The position numbers and the translations under genes are program-made. The notes under the pieces were generated by a model. That model ran no database searches. It had not been told where the DNA came from and saw only the letters and a program-made list of their open reading frames with translations. Below, piece by piece: positions 29,530 through 40,400 of a stretch of DNA of 64,000 nt. The stretch's first letter is position 1. Each line of letters begins with the position of its first letter. The DNA lies in the NCBI GenBank assembly GCA_965204535.1, contig CBDBEV010000001.1, positions 2,880,001-2,944,000 of the forward strand. The letters run 5' to 3'. This DNA comes from a bacterium (lineage in GTDB: Bacteria > UBA8248).

Positions 29530-30183
29530 ATGCGGGGTCGTTTCATCACATTCGAGGGTGTGGAGGGTTGCGGCAAGTCGACCCAGATGGCGCGCCTGCG
29601 GGATTGGATGAAAGAAGTGGGCCTGCCTGTTCGCGCCACGCGCGAACCCGGCGGCACGAAGGTCGGCGAGGGGATTCGCGAGTTATTGCTCGCTCCACGC
29701 GATGAGGGCTTGGATGCCGCCACGGAGCTCCTGCTCTACGAGGCGGCGCGGGCGCAGCACGTGAGCGAGGTGATTCGGCCGGCCCTGGAGGCGGGCGTCC
29801 ACGTTCTTTGCGACCGGTTCTTCGACTCCACGACGGCGTACCAGGCGTTCGGACGGGGGCTGGACGAGGAGATGGTGCGGGAGCTCAACCGGATGGCGAG
29901 CGGGGGGATTATCCCCGACCTCACGCTGTTGTTCTCCGTATCGATTGAGGAAGGTCTCGGTCGCGCGCGCGGCGGAAGCGCGGGCGACCGGCTCGAGGGC
30001 GAAAGTCTGGCGTTTCACCGCAGGGTGCAGGCGGGCTTCGACGCGCTGGCGAAGCGCGAGCCCGGGCGGTTCCGCACCCTGGGCGAGGGCGCGATTGAGC
30101 AGGTGCACGAAGAGGTGGTGCGCATCGTAAAGGAAAGATTCGAATGGGCTGGGAATCCATCCGCGGCCAGGACGCAGCCCTAG
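29530..30183 (+). CDS. tmk: Thymidylate kinase
   Basis: FITFEGVEGCGKST, TREPGG, CDRFFDST.AYQ. Confidence 0.95.
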   Translation: MRGRFITFEGVEGCGKSTQMARLRDWMKEVGLPVRATREPGGTKVGEGIRELLLAPRDEGLDAATELLLYEAARAQHVSEVIRPALEAGVHVLCDRFFDSTTAYQAFGRGLDEEMVRELNRMASGGIIPDLTLLFSVSIEEGLGRARGGSAGDRLEGESLAFHRRVQAGFDALAKREPGRFRTLGEGAIEQVHEEVVRIVKERFEWAGNPSAARTQP

Positions 30184-31169
30184 ACCTGCTGCGAAGGGAC
30201 TTATCCTCCGGCCAGGCGGCGGGCGCTTATCTGTTTTACGGCCCCGACGGGGTCGGCAAGGCGAGCGCTGCGCGCCTGTTCGCCCAGGCCCTCCAATGCA
30301 CGGGCGATGCGCCGCCGTGCGGAAGCTGTGCGGCGTGCGAGAAGGTGCGCGCGAACGTACACCCCGACGTCGTCTCCATCGGCCCCGTCGCGGGGTCTCG
30401 CTCCATCAAGGCGGAGTCGGTCCGAGAGGAAGTGATCTGGCGCGCCCACCAGCGTCCCAACGAGGGGATGCGGCAGGTCTTCATCATCGAAGACGCCCAT
30501 CTGCTGACGCGAGTGAGCCAGAACGTCCTGCTCAAGACGCTGGAGGAGCCTGGCGCAGACACGGTATTGATACTGGTGACGCCGAACCTCCACACCCTGC
30601 TGCCGACGATCGTCTCGCGTTGCCGGAGGCTCAGGTTCCAGGCTCTGGCGCGGGCGGATATGGCCGCCATTCTGGAGGAGTGCCTCGGTGACGACGACGC
30701 CGACGTGGACAAACTCGTCTCCCTCAGCATGGGAAGACTGGGCGTCGCGGTGTCTTCCGACGTCGAGGCCCTCTCCGAGCGCAGGGAGGAGGCGATGAGG
30801 TTCCTGGAGGAGTTGAGCGCGCCGGCGGGCCGGGCGGACGAGGTGACCCTCATCACGCTCGCCTCCGAGCGGGCGGGCAGCGGGGCAACTGGCAGAAATG
30901 AAACAATTCTCTTTTTGGAAATGCTTCGGGGGCTGCTTCGCGATATACTCATCACCCAGGAAGCGCCCGAGGCGATAGATTTGTGGCACACGGACATTCG
31001 GGCGGCGTTGGCCGCCATGGGAGAGCGCTGGGGGAGCGCAGGCTTGACCCGTGCCCTCGAGAGGGTGGGAGAGGCCATGCGCGACGTGGACGGCGGGAAC
31101 ACCAACCCGTCCCTGACGCTCGAGACTTTGGTATATTCCCTGCGGGAGACGGTCCCCGCCGGGGTTTGA
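30144..31169 (+). CDS. holB: DNA polymerase III delta' subunit
   Basis: YLFYGPDGVGK, CGSCAAC..HPD, LLKTLEEP, LLPTIVSRC; follows tmk. Confidence 0.92.
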   Translation: MGWESIRGQDAALDLLRRDLSSGQAAGAYLFYGPDGVGKASAARLFAQALQCTGDAPPCGSCAACEKVRANVHPDVVSIGPVAGSRSIKAESVREEVIWRAHQRPNEGMRQVFIIEDAHLLTRVSQNVLLKTLEEPGADTVLILVTPNLHTLLPTIVSRCRRLRFQALARADMAAILEECLGDDDADVDKLVSLSMGRLGVAVSSDVEALSERREEAMRFLEELSAPAGRADEVTLITLASERAGSGATGRNETILFLEMLRGLLRDILITQEAPEAIDLWHTDIRAALAAMGERWGSAGLTRALERVGEAMRDVDGGNTNPSLTLETLVYSLRETVPAGV

Positions 31170-31178
31170 GGTGAACGA

Positions 31179-32117
31179 ATGAGTGAAACAACCAATGGCG
31201 GCGCGGCCCTCGAGGCGCCGCCCGAGCCGCGCAAGATCGGCGTGGTCGGGGTCAAGACGCGCTTCGGCGCACGGCCGCTTCATCACACCTACGGGGAACT
31301 CAGGCTTCGGGTCGGCATGAAGGTGATGGTCAAGACCAGGGACGGGGATACGGAGTTCGGCGAGATATCCGAAAACCCCCGGGTCATGGATTCGCGCTAT
31401 TTTCCCGATCCGCTGCCCGAGGTGTTGCGGTTGGCCACCGAAGATGACGATAAAAAGGTGGCCCGCAACGAGGCGAATGAGAAGAGCGCCTATGATTTTT
31501 GCCGCATGAAGATATCCGAGCTCAAACTCCCCATGCGCCTCATCGAGGTTCGCTACATTCACTCGAACAAGAAGGCGACGTTTTATTTCTCCTCCGACGG
31601 CCGCGTGGATTTCCGCAAGCTGGTGCGGGTGCTCGCCGAGCGCCTCTCGGTTCGCGTGGAGATGCGCCAGATCGGAGTGCGCGACGAGGCGGGCATGAAG
31701 GGCGGCTGCGGGGATTGCGGGCGCACCTATTGCTGCAGTTCCTTTCTCAAGTCGTTCGACCCCATTTCGGTCCGCATGGCGAAGGATCAGAACCTGAGCT
31801 TGAACCCCGTAAAACTCTCCGGCGGCTGCGGGCGGCTCAAGTGCTGCCTGCGCTTCGAACATTCCCACTACGTGTCGGTGAAGAAGCGATTACCCGCCTG
31901 CAAGAAGAAAGTCGGCGGCTGCGACTGCGGCGCGACCGTCGTGCGCCAGGACCTGCTCAAGGAAGAGGTGACTCTCGCTCTCGAGACGGGAGACTTCATG
32001 ACGGTTCGCGCGGAGGACTTGATGCGCTTGCCCACAGGCCAGTTTTCTCTTAAAACCGGCGTCCAGAACGATACATCCCTCAACGTCTTGCCCAGGGAAA
32101 ACGGCCCGAAACGATGA
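31179..32117 (+). CDS. PSP1/RicT (YaaT) family Fe-S regulatory protein
   Basis: RVDFRKLV, EMRQIGVRDEA, GDCGRTYCC, MAKDQNLSLNP.KLSGGCGRLKCCL. Confidence 0.93.
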   Translation: MSETTNGGAALEAPPEPRKIGVVGVKTRFGARPLHHTYGELRLRVGMKVMVKTRDGDTEFGEISENPRVMDSRYFPDPLPEVLRLATEDDDKKVARNEANEKSAYDFCRMKISELKLPMRLIEVRYIHSNKKATFYFSSDGRVDFRKLVRVLAERLSVRVEMRQIGVRDEAGMKGGCGDCGRTYCCSSFLKSFDPISVRMAKDQNLSLNPVKLSGGCGRLKCCLRFEHSHYVSVKKRLPACKKKVGGCDCGATVVRQDLLKEEVTLALETGDFMTVRAEDLMRLPTGQFSLKTGVQNDTSLNVLPRENGPKR

Positions 32118-34063
32118 GCAAAAAACCGTTTTACGTCACCACGCCGATATATTACGTCAACGACAAGCCGCACCTCGGCCATGCCTACACGACGGTGGCC
32201 TGCGACGCCAAGGCGCGCTTCCACAGGCTCCGGGGCGAGCCGACGCAGTTTCTCACCGGAACCGACGAGCACGGCCAGAAACTCGAGCGCGCGGCCCGAG
32301 AGGCCGGCATGGACCCCCTCGCGTTCTGCGACATGAACAGCGCGAAATTCCGCGAGCTCTGGGAGAAGCTCGATATCTCCTACGACGATTACATCCGCAC
32401 GACCGAGGAGCGCCACGTCCGCGGGGTGCAGGAGCTTTGGCGGCGCGTGGAGGCCGCGGGCGACATCTACCTGGGCGCCTACGCGGGCTGGTACGCCGTT
32501 CGCGACGAAGCGTTCTACACCGAGAGCGAACTCACCGAAGGCCCCGACGGCGTGAAACTCGCGCCCACGGGGGCCGAGGTCGAATGGGTGGAGGAGCCGA
32601 GTTATTTCTTCCGCCTGAGCAAGTACGCCGAGCCGCTTCTTGCGCATTATGAGAAAAATCCCCAATTCGTTCAGCCCGAGAGCCGCAGGAACGAGGTGAT
32701 GAGCTTCGTGCGGGGGGGACTCAAGGACCTGTCGCTCTCGCGTACGAGCTTTCAGTGGGGCATCCCCGTGCCGGGGGACGAGAAACACGTGATCTACGTG
32801 TGGTTCGACGCGCTGAGCAACTACCTGACCGCTCCGGGCTTCGATGAGAGCGGGATGCACGAGGGAAGCTCCTGGCCGACGGACCAGCACTTCATCGGCA
32901 AGGACATCCTGAGGTTCCACGCGGTCTACTGGCCCGCCTTTCTGCTCTCCGCCGGTGTCCCCCTGCCGGGCCAGGTCTTCAGTCACGGGTGGTGGACGGT
33001 CGAGGGCCAGAAGATGTCCAAGAGCCTGGGCAACGCGGTCGACCCGCACTGGCTCATCGAGGAATACGGCGTCGACGCCATCCGTTACTTCCTGCTCAAG
33101 GAAATCCCCTTCGGGCTGGATGGGGATTTCTCCCACAGCGCGCTGATCGACCGCATCAACAGCGATCTGGCGAACGATCTGGGCAACCTGCTCTACCGCA
33201 CGCTGAACATGGTGAAGCGCTACCGGGATGGCCGCCTCGAGCGCTCCGCGGCGGGCGATACCGAGGCGGAGAACGCGTTCTGTGAATTCGTCGCCGATGC
33301 GGCCGGGAAATACGAGAGCGGCATGGCGGCGACCCACTTCCAGAACGGTCTGAGAGCCGCCTGGGAGGTGATTTCCTGCGCGAATAAATACATCGACGCG
33401 AACGCTCCCTGGACGCTCGCGAAAGAGGGTGAGGAGGCCCGCCTGTGCTCGGTGCTCTGGCACGCCGTGGCGTCGATGCGCGTCGTCGCGGCCATGATAT
33501 CGCCCGTCATGCCCGCCTCGGCGCAGAAGATAGCGGTGCAAATCGGCCTGGCCGAAGACTGGGCGAGTGCGCCTTATTCGGAATTGATGGACATGCGGAG
33601 GCTGCCGGAGGAGTTGGTGACCAACATCGGCGCTCCCCTTTTCCCGCGCATCGAGGATGAGGCGAAAGAAGCCATACAGGAGAAGGTGGCCCGGCGCATC
33701 GCGGGCGGCGACGAGGCAGCGCCCGGAGAGGATGCGACAGAACGGATATCTTTCGAGGAATTTCAAAAGATGGATTTGCGCGTCGCCGAGGTGCTCGAGG
33801 CCGAGCGGATACCCAAGTCGAAAAACCTGCTGAAGCTCACCGTCTCTCTCGGCGAGGAACCCCGGACCGTCGTGGCGGGCATTGCGAAACACTACGCGCC
33901 CGAGGATTTGCCGGGCCGCAAGGTGATTCTGGTGGCCAACCTCGAACCCGCCAGGCTGATGGGCGTGGAATCCCAGGGCATGGTTCTCGCCGCCGAGGAC
34001 GGGAAGAATCTCCTGCTCGCAGGCGTGGACGAGACGGCAACGCCGGGCGCGCCGATCCGGTAG
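32114..34063 (+). CDS. metG: Methionyl-tRNA synthetase with C-terminal OB-fold domain
   Basis: TTPIYYVN..PHLGH, GTDEHG, YVWFDAL, KMSKS, ANLEPARLMGVESQGM. Confidence 0.97.
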   Translation: MSKKPFYVTTPIYYVNDKPHLGHAYTTVACDAKARFHRLRGEPTQFLTGTDEHGQKLERAAREAGMDPLAFCDMNSAKFRELWEKLDISYDDYIRTTEERHVRGVQELWRRVEAAGDIYLGAYAGWYAVRDEAFYTESELTEGPDGVKLAPTGAEVEWVEEPSYFFRLSKYAEPLLAHYEKNPQFVQPESRRNEVMSFVRGGLKDLSLSRTSFQWGIPVPGDEKHVIYVWFDALSNYLTAPGFDESGMHEGSSWPTDQHFIGKDILRFHAVYWPAFLLSAGVPLPGQVFSHGWWTVEGQKMSKSLGNAVDPHWLIEEYGVDAIRYFLLKEIPFGLDGDFSHSALIDRINSDLANDLGNLLYRTLNMVKRYRDGRLERSAAGDTEAENAFCEFVADAAGKYESGMAATHFQNGLRAAWEVISCANKYIDANAPWTLAKEGEEARLCSVLWHAVASMRVVAAMISPVMPASAQKIAVQIGLAEDWASAPYSELMDMRRLPEELVTNIGAPLFPRIEDEAKEAIQEKVARRIAGGDEAAPGEDATERISFEEFQKMDLRVAEVLEAERIPKSKNLLKLTVSLGEEPRTVVAGIAKHYAPEDLPGRKVILVANLEPARLMGVESQGMVLAAEDGKNLLLAGVDETATPGAPIR

Positions 34064-34101
34064 AGACGAGAAGCCCCGCCCGGGAGATTGGAGTTTGTGG
34101 A

Positions 34102-35832
34102 GTGAACGAATCTATGGAATCCGGGCCGGATTCATCCGGCGATAAGGACTCATTCGCGGGTAAGGACAGAAAGGGACGCTCCCAGCGCCGCAGAAGAAGA
34201 CGCGGCCGAAGGGGCGGAAAACGTCCGGAACACAAAGAACGTCAGAATACATCCGGGGCGACCGAACCCGCCGCGCACGCGCAAAACGGAGAGAAAACCG
34301 CCCAGCGCGCTGAAAACGGTGGTGCGCGCGATAGCGATTCCCGGCGCGGGCGAGGCGGACGCAGGACTAAGAACCGCTGGCGGCACGAGCGGAGGAAAAA
34401 AGCCCGGCCCCAGGTCATCATCGCCGACTTGCCGGATACGAACGGGCTGCCCGTGCTGGTCGATACCCATGCGCATCTCATCGACAAGGCGTTCGATCCG
34501 GACCGCCAGGGGGCGGTGGAGCGCGCCATCGAGGAGGGGGTGCACTACATCATCTCGATGGGCACCTGCCTGGAATCGAGCCGCCGGACCGTCGACCTCG
34601 CGGCTTCCTACGCGGGCGTCTACGCGGCGGTCGGCGTGCATCCGAGCGACGTGAGCGGCGTGAACGAGAGAACCATCAAGGATATCGCCAAACTCACGGC
34701 AGAGCCCAAGGTGGTGGCCGTCGGCGAGATAGGCCTGGACTACTACCGGGAGGGCGCCCCGCGCAAGGCCCAGCGCAGGTGGTTCCGGGAGCAAATCAGG
34801 GTGGCCGTCGATGTGGGCAAGCCCATCATCGTCCATTGCCGCGACTCTGCGGATGACATCTATGAGATTCTGGAGGAAGAGAGGGCGTGGCGCGCGGGCG
34901 GCGTCATCCACTGCTTCACGGGCGATGACGAGCAGGCCCGAAAATTCCTGGACATCGATTTTCACCTGGGTGCGGGCGGGGCCATCACGTTCTCGCGCTC
35001 GGAAGGGTTGAGGGAAGTCTTCGAGCGGGTTCCTGTAGAGCGCGTTCTGCTCGAGACGGACAGCCCCTATCTCGCTCCCCCGCCGCACCGGGGCAAGCGA
35101 AACGAGCCGGCCTACGTCGCGCGCGTGGCGGAGACCCTGGCCGAACTCCACGGGATGACGACGGAGGCGGTGACGCGCCTCACGACGGAGAACGTGCGCC
35201 GCCTGTTCGGGGTAGGGCCGGAGCCTGACGGGGGAAGCGTCGCCTACTCGGTCGGGGAGACGCTCTACCTCAACGTCACGAACGATTGCCAGAATTCGTG
35301 CTTTTTCTGCGGGCTTCTGAGTGATTGCGTCTACAAGGGACACAATCTGAAACTCGCGCAGGAACCCGACGCGGCGGAGGTGCTCGCCGCCGCCGGCGAC
35401 CCGTCGCGCTTCACCGAAGTCGTATTCAGCGGATTCGGCGAGCCGACGCTCAGGCTCGACGTGGTGAAAGAGGTGGCCGGCGAGCTCAAGCGCCGCGGCG
35501 CCCGGCGGATCCGCCTGGTGACGAACGGGCTCGCCAACAAGACGCACGAGAGAAACATTCTGCCCGAACTCCGCGGCCTCGTGGACGCGGTATCCATCAG
35601 CATGCAGGCGGAAAGCCCCGAAGCCTACGCGAAAATCTGCAAGACCAAGGGCGTGGAAGAACCTTATCCCTCGGTCAAGGAGTTCGTGAGGTGGTCCAAG
35701 AACTACATCCCCGAGGTGGAGGTGACGGCCGTCAAGATGAGCGGCCTCATCGACATCGAAGCGTGCGAGAAGGTGGCGACAGAAGAGCTGGGCGTGCCCT
35801 TCCGCGCGCATGAATATGTGAGGATGGATTAG
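34102..35832 (+). CDS. tatD: TatD nuclease fused to a C-terminal radical SAM domain, with Arg-rich N-terminal extension
   Basis: DTHAH, GEIGLDY, HCR, HCF, ETDSPY; then YLNVTNDCQNSCFFC and FSGFGEPT. Confidence 0.9.
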   Translation: MNESMESGPDSSGDKDSFAGKDRKGRSQRRRRRRGRRGGKRPEHKERQNTSGATEPAAHAQNGEKTAQRAENGGARDSDSRRGRGGRRTKNRWRHERRKKARPQVIIADLPDTNGLPVLVDTHAHLIDKAFDPDRQGAVERAIEEGVHYIISMGTCLESSRRTVDLAASYAGVYAAVGVHPSDVSGVNERTIKDIAKLTAEPKVVAVGEIGLDYYREGAPRKAQRRWFREQIRVAVDVGKPIIVHCRDSADDIYEILEEERAWRAGGVIHCFTGDDEQARKFLDIDFHLGAGGAITFSRSEGLREVFERVPVERVLLETDSPYLAPPPHRGKRNEPAYVARVAETLAELHGMTTEAVTRLTTENVRRLFGVGPEPDGGSVAYSVGETLYLNVTNDCQNSCFFCGLLSDCVYKGHNLKLAQEPDAAEVLAAAGDPSRFTEVVFSGFGEPTLRLDVVKEVAGELKRRGARRIRLVTNGLANKTHERNILPELRGLVDAVSISMQAESPEAYAKICKTKGVEEPYPSVKEFVRWSKNYIPEVEVTAVKMSGLIDIEACEKVATEELGVPFRAHEYVRMD

Positions 35833-35857
35833 GGCAATCGCGACCGAGGAGAGAGAT

Positions 35858-35929
35858 TGTAGGGGTCGCATAAATGCGACCCGTGTCACGTCGGTGAAAA
35901 ATGAGGGACGCATATATGCGTCCCCTACA
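35858..35929. repeat. GTAG-type REP doublet
   Basis: TGTAGGGGTCGCATAAATGCGACCC...GGGACGCATATATGCGTCCCCTACA. Confidence 0.8.
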
Positions 35930-36099
35930 CTTGCGTCGACGTGAGCGACGTCTGGATATGTAACCACGCCCCTGGGAGCCAGCAGGTACAACCCCGCCCC
36001 GTTGCGCTAGAATGCCCCCATGAATAACCGACGTTCCCCGGCAAAATTCACAATTCCTTTTGGGCGAAATCTGTTCGTGTTCCCCCGGGCCAACCCTCG

Positions 36100-37032
36100 A
36101 TGAGCAAGCCCTTCTACATCCTCTCGCTCGACGGCGGGGGATCGCTCGGGGTCTACACCCTGGGCGTTCTGGCGGAAACCGAGCGCATGTTGGGACGCCC
36201 ATTGCATGAAGTGTTCAATCTTGTCTACGGCGTCAGCACGGGTTCGATCATCGCCACGATGATTGCGCTGGGCGATGCGGTCGAGCCGACGATTGCGAAC
36301 CGCTATTTCGAACTCGCGCCCGACGTGCTGGGGCCCCTGCTCGCGCGCTCCAAAACGAACGCGCTGCAAAGGCACTCGCAAGCGATATACGGCGAGAGGA
36401 CTTTCGAGGATTTCAAGATGGACTTAGGCATCCTCGTCACCCACGCGGATCATGACCGCCCCATGGTATTCAAGCGCACCATCGGCCCATCGCACGGCGA
36501 TCTCGATAGTTTCTTGTCGGGCGAGGGCATGAAGATATCGGACGCGATACTGGCGTCTTGCGCCGCGCATCCGTTCCTGAAGCAAAAACGCATCGCCGCG
36601 CCCAAAATCGAGGAACGCACGGCGCTCGACGGCGGGTTCACGGCGAACAACCCGGCCCTTTTCGCCATCGCGGACGCCACCGGGCCGCTCGGAATCCCCC
36701 CCGAGGATATCCGGATATTAAGCGTCGGGACGGGCAGTTATCCCGAATCGAGACGCTGGACGCGGCGGATCATCGCAGGGATCAGGCCGCTCAAGACCTA
36801 CATGACGCTATCGAGGACGAGTTCGAACACCGTCGATACGCTGCGCGGGATGTTCTTCCCGGACGTCCGTACCCTGCGCATCAACGACTCCTTCACCGAC
36901 CGCGCCTATGAGACGGACTTCATGGAGCACGACCCGCGCAAGCTCCGGGCCATATTCGGGCTCGGGCGCAAGTCTTTCGAGAAAGCGGAGGCCGAGGTGC
37001 GGGAGTTTTTTGGGGACGTGCGCTCTGAGTAG
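36100..37032 (+). CDS. Patatin-like phospholipase
   Basis: LSLDGGG, GVSTG (GxSxG), ASCAAHP, DGG, LSVGTG. Confidence 0.9.
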   Translation: MSKPFYILSLDGGGSLGVYTLGVLAETERMLGRPLHEVFNLVYGVSTGSIIATMIALGDAVEPTIANRYFELAPDVLGPLLARSKTNALQRHSQAIYGERTFEDFKMDLGILVTHADHDRPMVFKRTIGPSHGDLDSFLSGEGMKISDAILASCAAHPFLKQKRIAAPKIEERTALDGGFTANNPALFAIADATGPLGIPPEDIRILSVGTGSYPESRRWTRRIIAGIRPLKTYMTLSRTSSNTVDTLRGMFFPDVRTLRINDSFTDRAYETDFMEHDPRKLRAIFGLGRKSFEKAEAEVREFFGDVRSE

Positions 37033-37048
37033 TGTGAGGTTTTGGTTT

Positions 37049-37389
37049 TGTAGGGGTCAGACATATATGTCTGACTACGTGTCCTCCCTTTTTGTTTACC
37101 GTCCTGATCGCATTGTATCTATTGTGGCAGGCACACAGGTCCGCCCCTGCTGCCACAAAGACATTGCCGTCATTCCGGCGAATGCCGGAATCCAGGGGTT
37201 TTGTCTTTTGTCTTTCTTTTTTTCTCGTCGCTCTATGGATGCGAGGTAATAGAACGCCGCGTATTTTCAACCTACCCGGTTCTGGATTCCGGCATTCGCC
37301 GGAATGACGGTGTATTGTATCCGTGGGTCATTTCTACCGAAAAAGGGCAGGATCGCTTTATTGGGACAGGTCGCGACCTGTCCCTACGG
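37049..37389. repeat. Cluster of palindromic repeats
   Basis: GTAG REP at 37049; perfect inverted 29-mer CCGTCATTCCGGCGAATGCCGGAATCCAG at 37167-37195 and 37282-37310; GGGACAGGTCGCGACCTGTCCCTAC at ~37363. Confidence 0.8.
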
Positions 37390-37439
37390 TCTACGGGCCC
37401 CCTTCCATCCGGCCCCGTTTGGGGTAGAATACCCCCGCT

Positions 37440-40400
37440 ATGGACAGACACTCCTTTCATCCGCTGATCGCGCGCTGGTTCGCTGAAAAATTCGGGGAGC
37501 CGAGCGCTCCCCAGGATGCCGGCTGGCCCGAGATAGCCACCGGGCGCGACACGCTCATCGCGGCGCCCACGGGCACCGGCAAGACGCTGGCCGCCTTTCT
37601 GTGGTCGCTCGACGGACTGATTCGAGACGCGCTCGCGGGCGCACTCGATGATGAATGCCGCCTCGTCTACATCTCTCCCTTGAAGGCACTCGGCAACGAC
37701 ATCCAGAAGAACCTGCAGGAGCCATTGAGCGAGATTCGCGCACTCGCGAAGAAAGAGGGCGTGGAGTTGCCGGAGATACGCGTGGCGGTGCGCTCCGGCG
37801 ACACGCCCGCGCGCGAGCGCAGGCTCATGCTTAAAAAACGCCCCCACATCCTCATCACCACGCCCGAGTCGCTCTACATCCTCCTGACGGCAGAGCGCAG
37901 CCGAAAAGTATTGGAGACCGCGCGCGCCGTCATCGTGGACGAGATACACGCCGTCGCGGGGGACAAGCGCGGCGCGCACCTGGCGATCTCCTTGGAGCGG
38001 CTCGACGCGCTATGCGATACGCGGCTGCAGCGTATCGGGCTCAGCGCCACGCAAAAGCCGATCGGCGAGATAGCGCGCCTGCTCATCGGCGCGGAAAGGC
38101 GAGGGGAGGACGGCGCTCCCGATTGCGCTATCGTGGACGTGGGCCACAAGCGTGAGATGGCGCTCACGGTCGAGGTGGCCGATCAGGATATCGGCCCCAT
38201 CGCCTCGCACGAGTACTGGGGGGAAGTGTTCGACCGCATCGCCGCCCACATCGAAAGCCACCGCACGACCATCGTGTTCGTCCACACGAGGCGGCTGGCG
38301 GAGCGCGTCGCCCACCGGCTCACGGAGAGACTCGGCGAGGGGCGGGTGGCGGCGCACCACGGCTCCCTGTCGCGCAAGATCAGGCTCGACGCCGAAGAGC
38401 GGCTGAAATCGGGCGCGCTCTCCGCCATCGTCGCCACGGCGTCCCTGGAACTCGGCATCGACATCGGTCACGTCGACCTCGTCTGCCACCTGGGCGCGCC
38501 GAGAACGCTCGCCTCCCTGCTCCAGCGCGTGGGGCGCTCGGGCCACTGGAAGGGCGCTATCCCTAAGGGAATCGTCTTTCCCATGACGCGGGACGAACTG
38601 CTGCAAAGCGCCGCCGCGATCCGCTCGGTGAGAGGAGGCGCGCTCGATCTGGTGATCTTCCCCAAGGCGCCGCTCGACATCCTCGCCCAGCAGATGGTGG
38701 CCGAGGTCGCGGCGCAAGAGGAGATAGGAGAGGAGTCGCTCTGGGCGCTCGTCAGGCGCGCGCAGCCTTATGGAGAGCTTGCGCGGAGCGTTTTCGAGGA
38801 CGTGCTCGAGATGTTATCCGAGGGCATCTCGACCAGCAGGGGCAGGCGCACCGCCTATCTGCACAGGGACCGCGTGAACGCTCTCTTGAGACCACGGCGC
38901 GGGGCGCGTCTTTGCGCCATCACGTCGGGCGGCGCGATTCCCGACACGGCGGATTACGACGTGGTGGAAGGCGCTGCGGAGACCTTCGTGGGTAAGGTGA
39001 ACGAGGATTTCGCCATCGAGTCGAACGCTGGCGACATCTTCCTGCTCGGAAACCACTCTTGGCGCGTCAAGCGCGTGGAGCGCGACAAGGTGCGCGTGGA
39101 AGACGCCGAGGGGCTTCCGCCGAACATCCCTTTCTGGCTGGGCGAGGCGCCCTCGCGCACGGCGGAACTCTCGGAAGCCGTCTCGGCGCTGCGGGCCGAA
39201 CTGGCGGGGCGTCTCGACGCGCCCGGCGAGGCGATCCGCTGGATGCGCGCCGAATGCGGGCTTTGCGCACAGGGCGCGTCGCAGATTCTCGACTACGCCC
39301 GCGAGACCGCCCGCGTGCTGGGGCGCGTGCCCACGCAGGAAGAGATAATCGCGGAGCGGTTCTTCGACGAGGCGGGCGGGATGCAGCTCGTCATCCACTC
39401 GCCCTTCGGGGGGCGCATCAACCGCGCGTGGGGTCATACGCTGAGAAAACGCTTTTGCCTCACCTTCGATTTCGAACTCCAGGCCGCCGCCACGGACGAC
39501 GGCATCGTGCTCTCGCTCTCCTCGCAGCACAGCTTTCCGCTCGAATCGATCTTCGGTTTCGCGCGCCTGGCGTCGCTCAAAAAGGACATGCTCCAGTCCG
39601 CGCTCCAGTCGCCCATGTTCACCAACCGGTGGCGCTGGAACGCCACGCGCGCCTTGGCACTCCCCAGGCACAGCGGGGGCAAGAAGGTGCCCGTCGCGAT
39701 CCAGCGCATGCGGGCCGAGGACTTGCTCGCCGCCGTCTTCCCGGCCCAGCTTGCGTGTCAGGACAACCACCACGGCCCCATCGAGCCGCCCGACCACCCC
39801 CTCGTGAACGAGACGGTGGAGAACTGCCTGAGCGAAGCGATGGATATCGAAAGCCTTAGGAAACTCATTAGTGATATAGAAAGCAGGAAAATTAAAACCT
39901 ATGGCGTCGAGACGCCCGCGCCCTCGCCGATGTCGCACGAGATACTGAACGCGAACCCCTACGCCTTCATCGACGACGCCCCGCTGGAGGAACGCCGCTC
40001 GCGCGCGGTGCCGCTGAGGCGCGCCCTGCCCGATGACGCCGAGGGCGCCCGGCTCGACGCGGACGTCATCGAGGAGGTGTGCGCGCAGGCCTGGCCGGCC
40101 CCGCGCGACGCGGATGAGTTGCACGACGCGCTGCTTTCTTTATGCGTTCTGCCTGACGAGGAAGCGGGCGAGTGGTCCGCGTGGGTCGATGAGTTGCTCG
40201 CCCGGAACCGAGTGGCGAAAGGGCAGTGGCAGTCTGACGGTAAGGAACGAGAGGGCTGGGTTCCGGCGGAGCGGATGGCGCTCATTCGCGCGGCGCTCCC
40301 GGGAATCAGTCTCAACCCGAGCGAAATATCCTTTCAGGGGGATGAGGCGGAACCGCCCGCGCAGGATGAGGCGGCCCTCGCCATCGTCCGGGGGTGGACC

